A DNA stretch of 64,000 nt from an uncultured candidate division Zixibacteria bacterium. GTDB lineage: Bacteria > Zixibacteria > MSB-5A5 > SM1-73. The notes beneath the pieces were generated by a model. It ran no database searches and had not been told where the DNA came from. It saw nothing but the letters and a program-made list of their open reading frames with translations. Location of the stretch: NCBI GenBank assembly GCA_903908285.1, contig CAIVRH010000014.1, positions 57,991 through 121,990 on the forward strand. The letters run 5' to 3'. This document shows, piece after piece, positions 1 to 8,846 of the stretch; the first letter of the stretch is position 1; each line of letters opens with the position of its first letter. The translations under genes were made by a program, and so were the position numbers.

Positions 1-76
1 TTTAATACCTTTAGTGCGCTTCACTCAATTCCACATTTTTTTAGCGGTTCTCTAGCCCAAAATAATAGGGGAAATA

Positions 77-103
77 CCCACAAGGTGGGTTTTTTGTTTT
101 TCT
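77..103 (+). terminator. Rho-independent terminator: GC hairpin cccac/gtggg with loop aag, followed by a T-run
   Basis: Sequence acccacaaggtgggttttttgtttttc. It would terminate a + strand gene lying upstream of the window. Confidence 0.45.
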
Positions 104-309
104 AACCCGATCAAAACCATCCGTTTAATCCGTTTGTTCTCAGTTAAGTCAAATGACTGTTGACCGGTTTTATCTGTTCCTTTTAATGGTTAAACATTTA
201 TTTTTTGGTTGGCAGCGGACTGCCTACATCTTGTCACCTGTTTAATTCTCAATCCTTTGACCGATTTTGATTTCTTGCGGTGGACGGTGGAATATCGACT
301 GTGGACGAA

Positions 310-1098
310 TTACACCTTCCGTTTCGCCTCCTCCCATAACGAATCCAAAAGTGGCAGCCCCGCTTTTTGGAGCGGAACCTTTCTTTTTTTTAACTGTTTT
401 TCGATATAGCTAAATCTTTTGATAAATTTATCGATGGTTCTTCCCAAGGCAAATTCCGGGTTGATTTTTAAGTGACGGCACAAATTCACCCACGAAAAAA
501 GTATATCTCCCATCTCGTCCTCTATCTCGCTTGGCTTTATCCTTTTCTTATGTTGAGCTAATTTCAGTTCCCGTATTTCCTCTTCGATTTTCAAGAAAAC
601 ATCATCCGGATTTTTCCAATCGAAGTCCACCCTCGAAACCTTTTCCTGCACCCGATAAGCTTTAAGCAGGGCCGGTAGATGTTTGGGGATGCCGGATAAA
701 ACAGACTTATCCCTTCCTTTTTGGGTGCTGAGTTTGATGTGCTCCCAATTCTTCAACACTTCTTCGGATGAAGCGGCTTTCTTCTTTCCGAATACGTGGG
801 GGTGTCTGGCCTTGAGCTTGGCATCTAAGTGTTCTATAACTGCATTTATATCGAACTTCCCTCTTTCTTGGGCGATCTGGGCATGAAAGATTATTTGCAG
901 AAGCAAATCTCCCAGCTCCTCCTTCAATCTCTCATCGTCTCCGGCTTCAATGGTATCTAAAACTTCGTATGCTTCCTCAATTAAATATGGAAGAAGAGAT
1001 TTATGGGTCTGCTCTCTATCCCAGGAACAACCATCTTCAGATCTGAGTTGGGACATTAATTTGACCAGATCGGCAAAGTAATCCTTTTCTTTTTTCAT
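310..1098 (-). CDS. mazG: Nucleoside triphosphate pyrophosphohydrolase MazG (two tandem MazG domains)
   Basis: The ORF translation contains GCSWDREQTHKSLLPYLIEEAYEVLDTIE and a second EEMGDILFSWVNLCRHL repeat, both typical of MazG. The start is placed at the internal Met (MKKEKDYFADL), which lies about 20 aa before the GC(S/P)WD motif as in E. coli MazG. Upstream GTG and ATG codons at 1140 and 1137 are possible alternative starts. Confidence 0.85.
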   Translation of the reverse strand: MKKEKDYFADLVKLMSQLRSEDGCSWDREQTHKSLLPYLIEEAYEVLDTIEAGDDERLKEELGDLLLQIIFHAQIAQERGKFDINAVIEHLDAKLKARHPHVFGKKKAASSEEVLKNWEHIKLSTQKGRDKSVLSGIPKHLPALLKAYRVQEKVSRVDFDWKNPDDVFLKIEEEIRELKLAQHKKRIKPSEIEDEMGDILFSWVNLCRHLKINPEFALGRTIDKFIKRFSYIEKQLKKRKVPLQKAGLPLLDSLWEEAKRKV

Positions 1099-1215
1099 GG
1101 AGTATCCGGTTTTGATAAGTTTGGTCGAGGTGGTCATCACCTCGAGCTATAAGCTATATGGATAGACAAAATCGAGTGATCAGATCTTAATTTACGCTGT
1201 CATGAAATTTAAAAG

Positions 1216-1533
1216 TCATGCAAACTCGCTCTGCAAACCCTGTTTTTCAAAAAGCATCACCAAAGCTTTCTTTTGGGCTGCGGATTTATGCCAGGTATTC
1301 TTGGGAACCAAAAACGCCTCTCCCGGTTTTAGGGCTATGGTCTCCCGGTCCATTACCAGTTCCACCAATCCGGAGATCACATAGAAGAACTCGTCATAGG
1401 GATGCCGATGTTTACGATAGTCCCCATCGAAAAGCCCTAAAAATACGTGGAAGTTGTCCACGTCCACCAGTTGAAAAGGGTTGAAGGATTTTTTGATCTT
1501 TTCCGCCTCTTTTAGAATATTGATTTTAGTCAT
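1216..1533 (-). CDS. Cupin-domain protein (small, 105 aa)
   Basis: HxH...E and PxxxxH cupin-like motifs (HRHPYDEFFYVISGLVELV and PKNTWHK). A GGAGG Shine-Dalgarno precedes the ATG. Confidence 0.55.
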   Translation of the reverse strand: MTKINILKEAEKIKKSFNPFQLVDVDNFHVFLGLFDGDYRKHRHPYDEFFYVISGLVELVMDRETIALKPGEAFLVPKNTWHKSAAQKKALVMLFEKQGLQSEFA

Positions 1534-1623
1534 TCATTCCTCCATTTGAAGATATTGAATTCGCCTTTATAGAGCCAAGAAATCGCTGTGGTTAATTTTT
1601 GAATTACTATTCAACGAACCGAG

Positions 1624-2301
1624 TTAAAAGAGCTTCATATGATTCTTTCCATAATTACAATTATTCAGCAATACGCATTCTCTGCATAAGGGATTTGTTG
1701 CCTTACAGATCTTTCTACCATGCTCGATTAAATTCAAATGAAATTGATAGATTTGCTGGGGGGGAACCAATTTCTCCAAGATCAGCTCCGCCTTCCCAGC
1801 GTCCGTTTTTTCGGAAACCAAACCCAATCTTCTGGATAATCTCAGAACATGGGTATCGACCGGCAAAGCAGGTCTTCTAAGGGAGAAAAGCAAAACGCAG
1901 GCAATGGTCTTCTCTCCCACCCCCTGGAATCGTCTCAGATACTCTCTTATCTTTTCCGTCGACCATCTTTTTAGAAAATTTAGATTTGTCTTGCCATTCT
2001 CTTCATAAATCTGATTGAGAATAACTTTTATTCTATTGGCTTTTATGTCTGCCAGTCCCCCTGACTTTATGGCGTTGGTAATAATTCTTACATGGGCTTT
2101 TCTCACCTGGTCCCAGGTTTTGAATCTGGATCTTAAACTTAAGTAGGCTCTATGACTGTTGAAATCGGAGGTGTTCTGAGAAAGAATGGTGGCGATCAGC
2201 TCGGAAAGCGGATCGGAATGAACTACCCATCTCTTCTTTCCGTAAGATTTCTCTAATTTTATGAAGATGACCCTGATCTTTGCTGGTAGATTTGATTTCA
2301 C
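1624..2301 (-). CDS. nth: Endonuclease III (HhH-GPD base-excision DNA glycosylase/lyase with [4Fe-4S] cluster loop)
   Basis: HhH-GPD core LRRFQGVGEKTIACVLLFSL...PVDTHVLRLSRRLGL and C-terminal Cys cluster CKATNPLCRECVLLNNC. Confidence 0.85.
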   Translation of the reverse strand: MKSNLPAKIRVIFIKLEKSYGKKRWVVHSDPLSELIATILSQNTSDFNSHRAYLSLRSRFKTWDQVRKAHVRIITNAIKSGGLADIKANRIKVILNQIYEENGKTNLNFLKRWSTEKIREYLRRFQGVGEKTIACVLLFSLRRPALPVDTHVLRLSRRLGLVSEKTDAGKAELILEKLVPPQQIYQFHLNLIEHGRKICKATNPLCRECVLLNNCNYGKNHMKLF

Positions 2302-2426
2302 TTCGATTTTTGTCCTGGAGGCCGGTAAGAAAATTCGATATTATCGACTTTGAATTTTAAATTGCGATTTTGTTTTGAAATTTTGCATTACCCTTATTTA
2401 CCCTGGTTCGTTTCTTGGTCAATTAG

Positions 2427-3806
2427 TTAGAATCTCAAAATCGATTTCAGCACCGGGATGGCGAAATTGACGGCAAAGGCAAAAGATATCAAATACATCA
2501 GCCAGTGAACCTCTCTTCCTTTTCCGCTCATCAGCTTGATCAAAGTGAAAGTGATGAAACCGAAGCCGATGCCGTTGGTTATGGAATTGGTCAAAGGCAT
2601 GACGATCATGATCAGAAAAGCGGGAAAAGCCTCTTCAAATCTCTCGAACGGGAATTCTTTTAAGGTGGAAATCATCAGAAAGCCGACGATTATCAGAGCC
2701 GGGGCGGTTGCCTGTTTGGGTACCACCCCCGCAATGGGAGAAAGAAACATGGAGAGGAGAAAGAGGAACCCCACCACTATCACGCTGAGCCCCGACCTGC
2801 CTCCGGCTGAGATTCCGGCGGCACTCTCGATATAAGTGGTAACCGAGCTGGCGGAGCAGGCGCCGCCGGCGACCGCCGAGAGAGAATCCACCAGAAGCAC
2901 CCGGTTAATCCGCGGGAGCCTTCCCTCGGAATCCAAAAACTTTGCCTCACCCCCCAACCCGATCACCGTCCCCAGGGTATCGAAAAAATCGGAAAGCATG
3001 ACCGAGAAGATCAATATCCCGGCGCTTACTACCCCTAATCTGGAGATGGCGCCAAAATCGAATCTTCCTATTTTGGAGAAATCCGGGAGGGTTAATAGGG
3101 TGGTGGGGAAGCGGGCAGTATCGGGACCAGAAAAAGCAGAAAGCCCGGATGCATAATTGATCAGGATAGCCAAAACAGTAGAACCCAATATACCGATCAA
3201 CAGCGCCCCCCTAACCCGTACCTTAATGAGAATAGCGGTCAGCAGAAGACCGAAAATCGCCACCACCACCGCCAGGTTATCGAACTTGCCCAAAGTTATC
3301 AAGGTAGCATCACTTTTCTGCACAAACCCGGCGTCAACCAGGCCGATGAATGCGATGAAAAGGCCTATCCCCACGGAGATGGCTTGCTTTAGAGAGAGCG
3401 GGATGGCGTTCATCACCGCCTCTCTGAATCCGGTGACAACCAGGATAGTGATTATTATTCCCTCCAAAACGATTACTCCCATAGCCGACGGCCAGGAGAG
3501 ACCCATCCCCACCACCATCTGATAAGCCACGATAGCATTCAAACCCAGTCCCGGAGCAAGAGCAAAGGGATAATTGGTAAATAATCCCATGGCGATGGAC
3601 ATAATGCCTGCAGCCAGACAGGTGGCAGTTAGGGCTGCAGATATAGGAAGACCTTTACCCAGCCAATCTGGATTACCGACCAGACCCAGAATATTGGGAT
3701 TGAGAAAAATGATATATGACATGGTCAGGAATGTAGTTATTCCTGCCAACACCTCGGTTCGAACATTTGTTCTCAGATCATTTAATTTGAAGTAATGATT
3801 CAGCAT
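2427..3806 (-). CDS. NCS2-family purine (adenine/guanine/hypoxanthine) permease, AzgA/PurP-like
   Basis: N-terminal signature YFKLNDLRTNVRTEVLAGITTFLTMSYIIFLNP and multi-TM hydrophobic profile. Start chosen at MLNHYFKL, which has a GGAGGG Shine-Dalgarno 7 nt upstream. Confidence 0.8.
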   Translation of the reverse strand: MLNHYFKLNDLRTNVRTEVLAGITTFLTMSYIIFLNPNILGLVGNPDWLGKGLPISAALTATCLAAGIMSIAMGLFTNYPFALAPGLGLNAIVAYQMVVGMGLSWPSAMGVIVLEGIIITILVVTGFREAVMNAIPLSLKQAISVGIGLFIAFIGLVDAGFVQKSDATLITLGKFDNLAVVVAIFGLLLTAILIKVRVRGALLIGILGSTVLAILINYASGLSAFSGPDTARFPTTLLTLPDFSKIGRFDFGAISRLGVVSAGILIFSVMLSDFFDTLGTVIGLGGEAKFLDSEGRLPRINRVLLVDSLSAVAGGACSASSVTTYIESAAGISAGGRSGLSVIVVGFLFLLSMFLSPIAGVVPKQATAPALIIVGFLMISTLKEFPFERFEEAFPAFLIMIVMPLTNSITNGIGFGFITFTLIKLMSGKGREVHWLMYLISFAFAVNFAIPVLKSILRF

Positions 3807-4005
3807 TGGATCACCCTCCAAAATTATCTTAAGGAAACATACAATATGCTATGGAATATTTCCCATACCTTTGTCATTGATAAGGAAATGAAGTGATTAC
3901 TATTTTTGATGTTCAGTTTATTAACATCCCCTAATCTATTATAGATAATCGAATTACAAGATTTCAACCTCTTCCGTAAAAAAGCTGACGGATCAGGCAA
4001 AGGAT

Positions 4006-4308
4006 TTGCAAAACACTCTGTTGGAAAATACAATCCTGTTCCATCAGAACAAGGGGGTTAAAGTGAAAGTCAAATTCACTTTGAATATGGAAAATCTTAC
4101 CGTCTCTTCCCAAAAGAAAAACGAGGGTGAAGAGCAGATCGACCGTCTCACCATCTCCTGGATCAGCGATATTTCCGAGGAAGAGGTTTTGAACATGTCG
4201 GGCAGATGGATCGGCACCAAGGATTTTTTGACCCAGAGGATGACCGATTTAAAGAGAGTGGGCGAATCGAGCTTGACCATTGAACCGGTCGAGGAGATGA
4301 AGGTATGA
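4006..4308 (+). CDS. Hypothetical protein (100 aa)
   Basis: Only an open frame; no recognisable motif. Confidence 0.25.
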   Translation: MQNTLLENTILFHQNKGVKVKVKFTLNMENLTVSSQKKNEGEEQIDRLTISWISDISEEEVLNMSGRWIGTKDFLTQRMTDLKRVGESSLTIEPVEEMKV

Positions 4309-4378
4309 AATTCATAGTTCAAAGGTTCAAGAGTTCAAAAGTTCAAGGGTTCTCCGCCTTCGGCGGAAAGGATTAAAT

Positions 4379-4684
4379 ATGATGGTGACAAATTCCGTGA
4401 GCGAAATTCTGGCAGTACCAGTCCAATGGTTTAAGGCGGCGAATGGGTTTGTATATGGTTACCTTGGTTTTTGGGGCCAGCTCGCCTTTGATCTTTTTCT
4501 CCTCTATTTGCTTTTTTTGATTGTCTTCAAAATCACCAAAACCGCCGTTCGATGTGTATTGTTTATAGCGATTCCATCCATGGTTTTATCTTTCGCTTCT
4601 TCCTATTTTCTTCCTTTCAGTTTCTCCATCATCCTGCCGGTTTGCGTGGCGCTGATGATCGCCATTAATATCGTCAGGTCGTAG
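4379..4684 (+). CDS. Hypothetical small membrane protein (101 aa, 2-3 predicted TM helices)
   Basis: ORF preceded by a GGATTAAAT Shine-Dalgarno-like sequence and a UUCG hairpin. The translation is hydrophobic. Confidence 0.3.
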   Translation: MMVTNSVSEILAVPVQWFKAANGFVYGYLGFWGQLAFDLFLLYLLFLIVFKITKTAVRCVLFIAIPSMVLSFASSYFLPFSFSIILPVCVALMIAINIVRS

Positions 4685-4892
4685 CGCCGACGAGAAGTAA
4701 AGCAATTTCAATTAAACTTGTCAATAAAAATATCTGCCCTGTTCTTCAGATACCCAATACCTATCATAAACTACTGGCAAAATCCAAAAACAACCGTGAG
4801 AATTGGTGAAAACTCTTGCCAAAAGCGCCTTCTCTTACTATATTATTATTGTTCAAAATCGAGAAAACACCTTCGGGCTATGGGAGGTTAAA

Positions 4893-6674
4893 ATGAGAAA
4901 GATCGCAATAACCATTGTTCTTTTGCTTTGCCCTATTTATTCCTTAGCTGATACCCACTATGTCTCTCCTCATGGCAATAACACTCCACCTTACACCTCG
5001 TGGGCAACCGCGGCGGATTCCATTCAAAAGGGGATAAATGCTTCTTCTTCCGGTGACACGATCAAAGTAGGAGAAGGGACTTACAGAGAGACTATCACGA
5101 TGATTCCGGGAATAATTTTACTGGGGAGCGGCATGGATGTTTGTACCATTTATCCGGGGAACCTGAGTGTTCGGGATATAGTTTTTGGTGCGGATAGCGC
5201 TGATATTGAATATTTTCACATAAAAGGATGGCAACCAGGTCGAACGGAATTTTGTACTGGTATTAGAAGTGCTGTCGACTCCAAGTTGAAAAGGATATCC
5301 AACAACAAAATTACCAACTGCGATGACGGTATTTATATGGATTGGGTGAATACGGAAGTTTCAAATAATATTATCATGAGTAACGAAGTTGGAATTGATC
5401 TTTTCATAATGTATACCGGTTTAATCATCAACAATACCATATCCCAAAGTAACTTGGGAATAAATTTGTGGAGCACAGCATCCCCTAAAATAATCAAGAA
5501 TGTCATTACCAACACCACTGATAAAGCGATCGCAGGAGAATTCACTGACTCTATGTTCTTTGAGAACAATCTGGTAATAGTAGGTAAACATTATGGTATT
5601 GCCCTGGATAGTTATGGCGGGTTCAAAAGGGCTCCTATAAGGAATAATACGCTAATAGGTGATACTACCGGTATTGGAGGAGGATATTTTCCACAGGTAG
5701 TAGGAATTGAAGACTTCAGCAATGAGATCAAAAACAACATAATATCTAAAGGCTACTATGGGATTGCGACTTCAAATTATCATGGTTACAACAGTAATTC
5801 ACAGGTTTCCTATAACGATTTATGGAATAATGTGATCAATTATGATGTGTATGGTTCTGCCAGCATTGATACCTCGCTGGGTGGTAATATTTATCTGGAT
5901 CCCATGTTTGTGGGAGGAGATGATTATCATCTGCAATATGGCTCTCCTTGCATTGATGCGGGTGATCCAAATATCAAAGACCCCGATTCTTCCAGATCGG
6001 ATATGGGCTGTTATGGGGGAGCTTATGGAGAAACTTACTCCTATTTGGATTATCCACCAAAGCCACCCGACAGCTTATCTGCTGTATCAGAATCAACCAT
6101 AATTATCCTCAACTGGAAACCCAATACTGAATCTGATCTTTCTCATTACTTAGTCTATAAGGATACCATAGCTGGATTCATTCCTGATACTTTCAAAATT
6201 GTCGGGAATATCCCCAAAGATAGCTCCGTCTTCAGAGATTATGATTTTGTCTTAGGAAAGACTTATTATTATCGGGTAGCTGCATGGGATATTATCGGCC
6301 ACAAGAGTGAATATTCGGATGAGCTGGAAGTCGAAGCAACTTCAGTGAATGAACATATCGAACAAGAGAATCGACCCCCCATGTATCAATTATCTCAAAA
6401 CTATCCCAATCCTTTCAATTCTGAGACAGTGATCTGGTATTTCTTACCGGATGTGGGTTATCAACCGGCAGAGGTTGAGATTACCATCTATAACCTTTTA
6501 GGTAAGAGAGTAAGAACTCTGGTCAATGAAAGAGAATATCCGGGGGAACATAAAGCTCGATGGGATGCAAAGGACGATTCAGAAAATGAGGCAGCATCAG
6601 GAATATACTTTTATCGTTTGAAGGTAAGCGGCTTGGAATTAGTCAAGGCAAAGAAGATGGTACTACTAAAATGA
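4893..6674 (+). CDS. Secreted right-handed parallel beta-helix (pectate-lyase/NosD-fold) protein with FN3-like module and T9SS C-terminal sorting domain
   Basis: Signal peptide MRKIAITIVLLLCPIYSLA after a GGGAGG Shine-Dalgarno. Beta-helix repeats (NNIIMSNEVGIDL, NNTISQSNLGINLW) and DPMFVGGDDYHLQYGSPCIDAGDP. C-terminus LSQNYPNPFNSETVIWYF...IYNLLGKRVRTLVNE...GIYFYRLKVSG...KKMVLLK matches the Por-secretion tail (T9SS type A CTD). Confidence 0.8.
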   Translation: MRKIAITIVLLLCPIYSLADTHYVSPHGNNTPPYTSWATAADSIQKGINASSSGDTIKVGEGTYRETITMIPGIILLGSGMDVCTIYPGNLSVRDIVFGADSADIEYFHIKGWQPGRTEFCTGIRSAVDSKLKRISNNKITNCDDGIYMDWVNTEVSNNIIMSNEVGIDLFIMYTGLIINNTISQSNLGINLWSTASPKIIKNVITNTTDKAIAGEFTDSMFFENNLVIVGKHYGIALDSYGGFKRAPIRNNTLIGDTTGIGGGYFPQVVGIEDFSNEIKNNIISKGYYGIATSNYHGYNSNSQVSYNDLWNNVINYDVYGSASIDTSLGGNIYLDPMFVGGDDYHLQYGSPCIDAGDPNIKDPDSSRSDMGCYGGAYGETYSYLDYPPKPPDSLSAVSESTIIILNWKPNTESDLSHYLVYKDTIAGFIPDTFKIVGNIPKDSSVFRDYDFVLGKTYYYRVAAWDIIGHKSEYSDELEVEATSVNEHIEQENRPPMYQLSQNYPNPFNSETVIWYFLPDVGYQPAEVEITIYNLLGKRVRTLVNEREYPGEHKARWDAKDDSENEAASGIYFYRLKVSGLELVKAKKMVLLK

Positions 6675-6749
6675 AATAAAATGACGAATGCTTTATAACG
6701 AATGACGGATCTGTCTATGACAGATAACCTAAGAGAGGAGGAGTATAAG

Positions 6750-8654
6750 ATGAAAGCGAATTGGATTTACATAATATTGTCTTTTTTGATTGGTTGTTCA
6801 ACTTTCTCGATCAGCCAAGGGGCAGGCAGATTCTATTATGGCACATACAGCGGGCATGAAGGGCAGAATTTTCCCTTCATAAGCGATAGCCTGAAGTTTA
6901 ATATTGTTTATGATAGTATAAGCATAGATAATGTGCAATTATATGTTAACAATTCCCTCAGAGCCATAGTTTCAAATCATGCGGAAGGCACACCTGCTTA
7001 TTACGCAACTTACAGCCATTATACTTTATGGGACCCAGAAAGTTATCAGGAATCGTATTTCCACCTAACTCCTATTGGTGGGGATACAGTTTTGGATGCT
7101 TCTGCTTACGGAGGAAAAGCAATGTACTTTAATCATCCTCCTGATTCTGCAGGATTCATTCAGACTGGCCCAGGTTATGATCAGGAGCTTGGTTCATCTA
7201 GTAACCCTATCCAATACACTGCTGAATTCCGGTTAAAATCACCACTTTATTTTCCTAATGTTATGAGTGGTAAGAGTGGTAGTGGCCCTGTGAAACTTTG
7301 TAGACTTATGGTGGTAGGGAATGGACAAGTTTTAGGTGACTCGACAGTGTATGGAAGAGAATTTAATAATTTCAATGGTTATAAGTCTTATAAAATCACT
7401 TATCACGCCACTCAAAATCATATCGAGTTTAAAATATACTGGTATGGCAACAGACAGCTATACGTCGACTATGTCAAAGTCTATGATTATAGTGGAAATA
7501 GGCTAATGACTGGACAAGTGGATCAAGCCATAAAAGATTATGTTAGCCAGTCTTGGGTGCATGACTACAGACTTACCAATGGAGACACGGTGGTTTATCG
7601 CTGGTTTTTGGTGGACGAGCCTTACTACATTGACTGTTTTGAGCCAAGCAGATATATTGATAGTTTGCTCCGGGAGAAAAGCACTGAAAGGGTAGGTTTC
7701 CAGGTATTCAATCAGTGGGGAAGTGATCTGGAGCATGAATACTTTATAAGGCAAAACCCGAAGGAATATAGTATCGACATTTACCCTACCCGGTGGTGGT
7801 TGGGGGAGACCACGGGTGCGACATATCAAAATGGCATCGACACCTATGTGCATCACCTAAATGCAGAGAAACAAAAAGCGATAGAAGAAGGGAAGGATTT
7901 CTGGGTAACCATACAAGGGCATTACTATGGCAAGTTGTCACCAGATAGTTTTTGCGTAGACACTCTGGATTATCCTCTGTGGGTCTCTGACAGTCTTGTT
8001 CCGGGTGTCACATATCCTGGATGGTATTGTTATTATCTTAAACGACCACCTACTCCAAATGAGGTAAGATTTCAAACCTTTTTAGCTCTCTGTTATGGTG
8101 CTAATTCCATTCTTAACTATTGCTACTATACGTATAATCATCCTGTACCGGAATATGGCGGAGACACGATCTTGAATTTCGGGTTATACAATGACTTGGT
8201 GAATCAACCTACTGATAGGTGGCGAGAAATTAAGAACTTCACTAGCCCGAGGGTTGTAAAGCTCGGACCATTGCTTAACCAGTTGACTTGGGAGGGTGCT
8301 TGCTTTGGTGACAGCGTTGGTGACTTCTACTTACGTAATGGCCCGCACAGCTACATCGACAGCATTGTTGGAATAATACATCCTGATTCCACCTATGTGC
8401 AGGTGGGATTTTTCTCTCCGCCTTACGGTGACACAATGTTTTTCATGCTGGTCAACCGAAGAACATTACCTTCAGAGAATGATACGTTTGAAGTTTATTT
8501 CAATTTCTCTGATGGACCATATGTGGTAATTGATATGTATAATTCTCCAGTACCAGAAGGCAAGATTTCTGGATTAAATCGGTATAAGATATTTCTACAA
8601 CCGGGGGAAGGACGGCTTTTCAGGATAGAAGGGAATGCAAAAAGGGAGGGCTAG
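6750..8654 (+). CDS. Hypothetical lipoprotein (about 634 aa), possibly a glycan-active enzyme
   Basis: Lipobox MKANWIYIILSFLIGCS. Large and Trp/Tyr-rich, with no confident family assignment. Lies 75 nt downstream of the beta-helix T9SS protein, so may be co-transcribed. Confidence 0.55.
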   Translation: MKANWIYIILSFLIGCSTFSISQGAGRFYYGTYSGHEGQNFPFISDSLKFNIVYDSISIDNVQLYVNNSLRAIVSNHAEGTPAYYATYSHYTLWDPESYQESYFHLTPIGGDTVLDASAYGGKAMYFNHPPDSAGFIQTGPGYDQELGSSSNPIQYTAEFRLKSPLYFPNVMSGKSGSGPVKLCRLMVVGNGQVLGDSTVYGREFNNFNGYKSYKITYHATQNHIEFKIYWYGNRQLYVDYVKVYDYSGNRLMTGQVDQAIKDYVSQSWVHDYRLTNGDTVVYRWFLVDEPYYIDCFEPSRYIDSLLREKSTERVGFQVFNQWGSDLEHEYFIRQNPKEYSIDIYPTRWWLGETTGATYQNGIDTYVHHLNAEKQKAIEEGKDFWVTIQGHYYGKLSPDSFCVDTLDYPLWVSDSLVPGVTYPGWYCYYLKRPPTPNEVRFQTFLALCYGANSILNYCYYTYNHPVPEYGGDTILNFGLYNDLVNQPTDRWREIKNFTSPRVVKLGPLLNQLTWEGACFGDSVGDFYLRNGPHSYIDSIVGIIHPDSTYVQVGFFSPPYGDTMFFMLVNRRTLPSENDTFEVYFNFSDGPYVVIDMYNSPVPEGKISGLNRYKIFLQPGEGRLFRIEGNAKREG

Positions 8655-8846
8655 TTCGTAAATCCCAAAGCCCGAATTCTACGAACTTTCCGAATTATAT
8701 AATCCCTGTTTTTGTCAATAAACCTATCTCCTCTAGTTTCTGATATCTGCATATCTACTTCGGGAATTTTCTCGATTAGTTAAAATCAAATAATACTAAA
8801 CGAATGGTGTTGATAAAGTGAAGACAGTTCTTAGAAGATTACTCTA

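Noticed and set aside
209-409. 66-aa plus-strand ORF at the left edge
   Set aside because: It overlaps the 3' end of mazG on the opposite strand and has no Shine-Dalgarno, so it is likely spurious.
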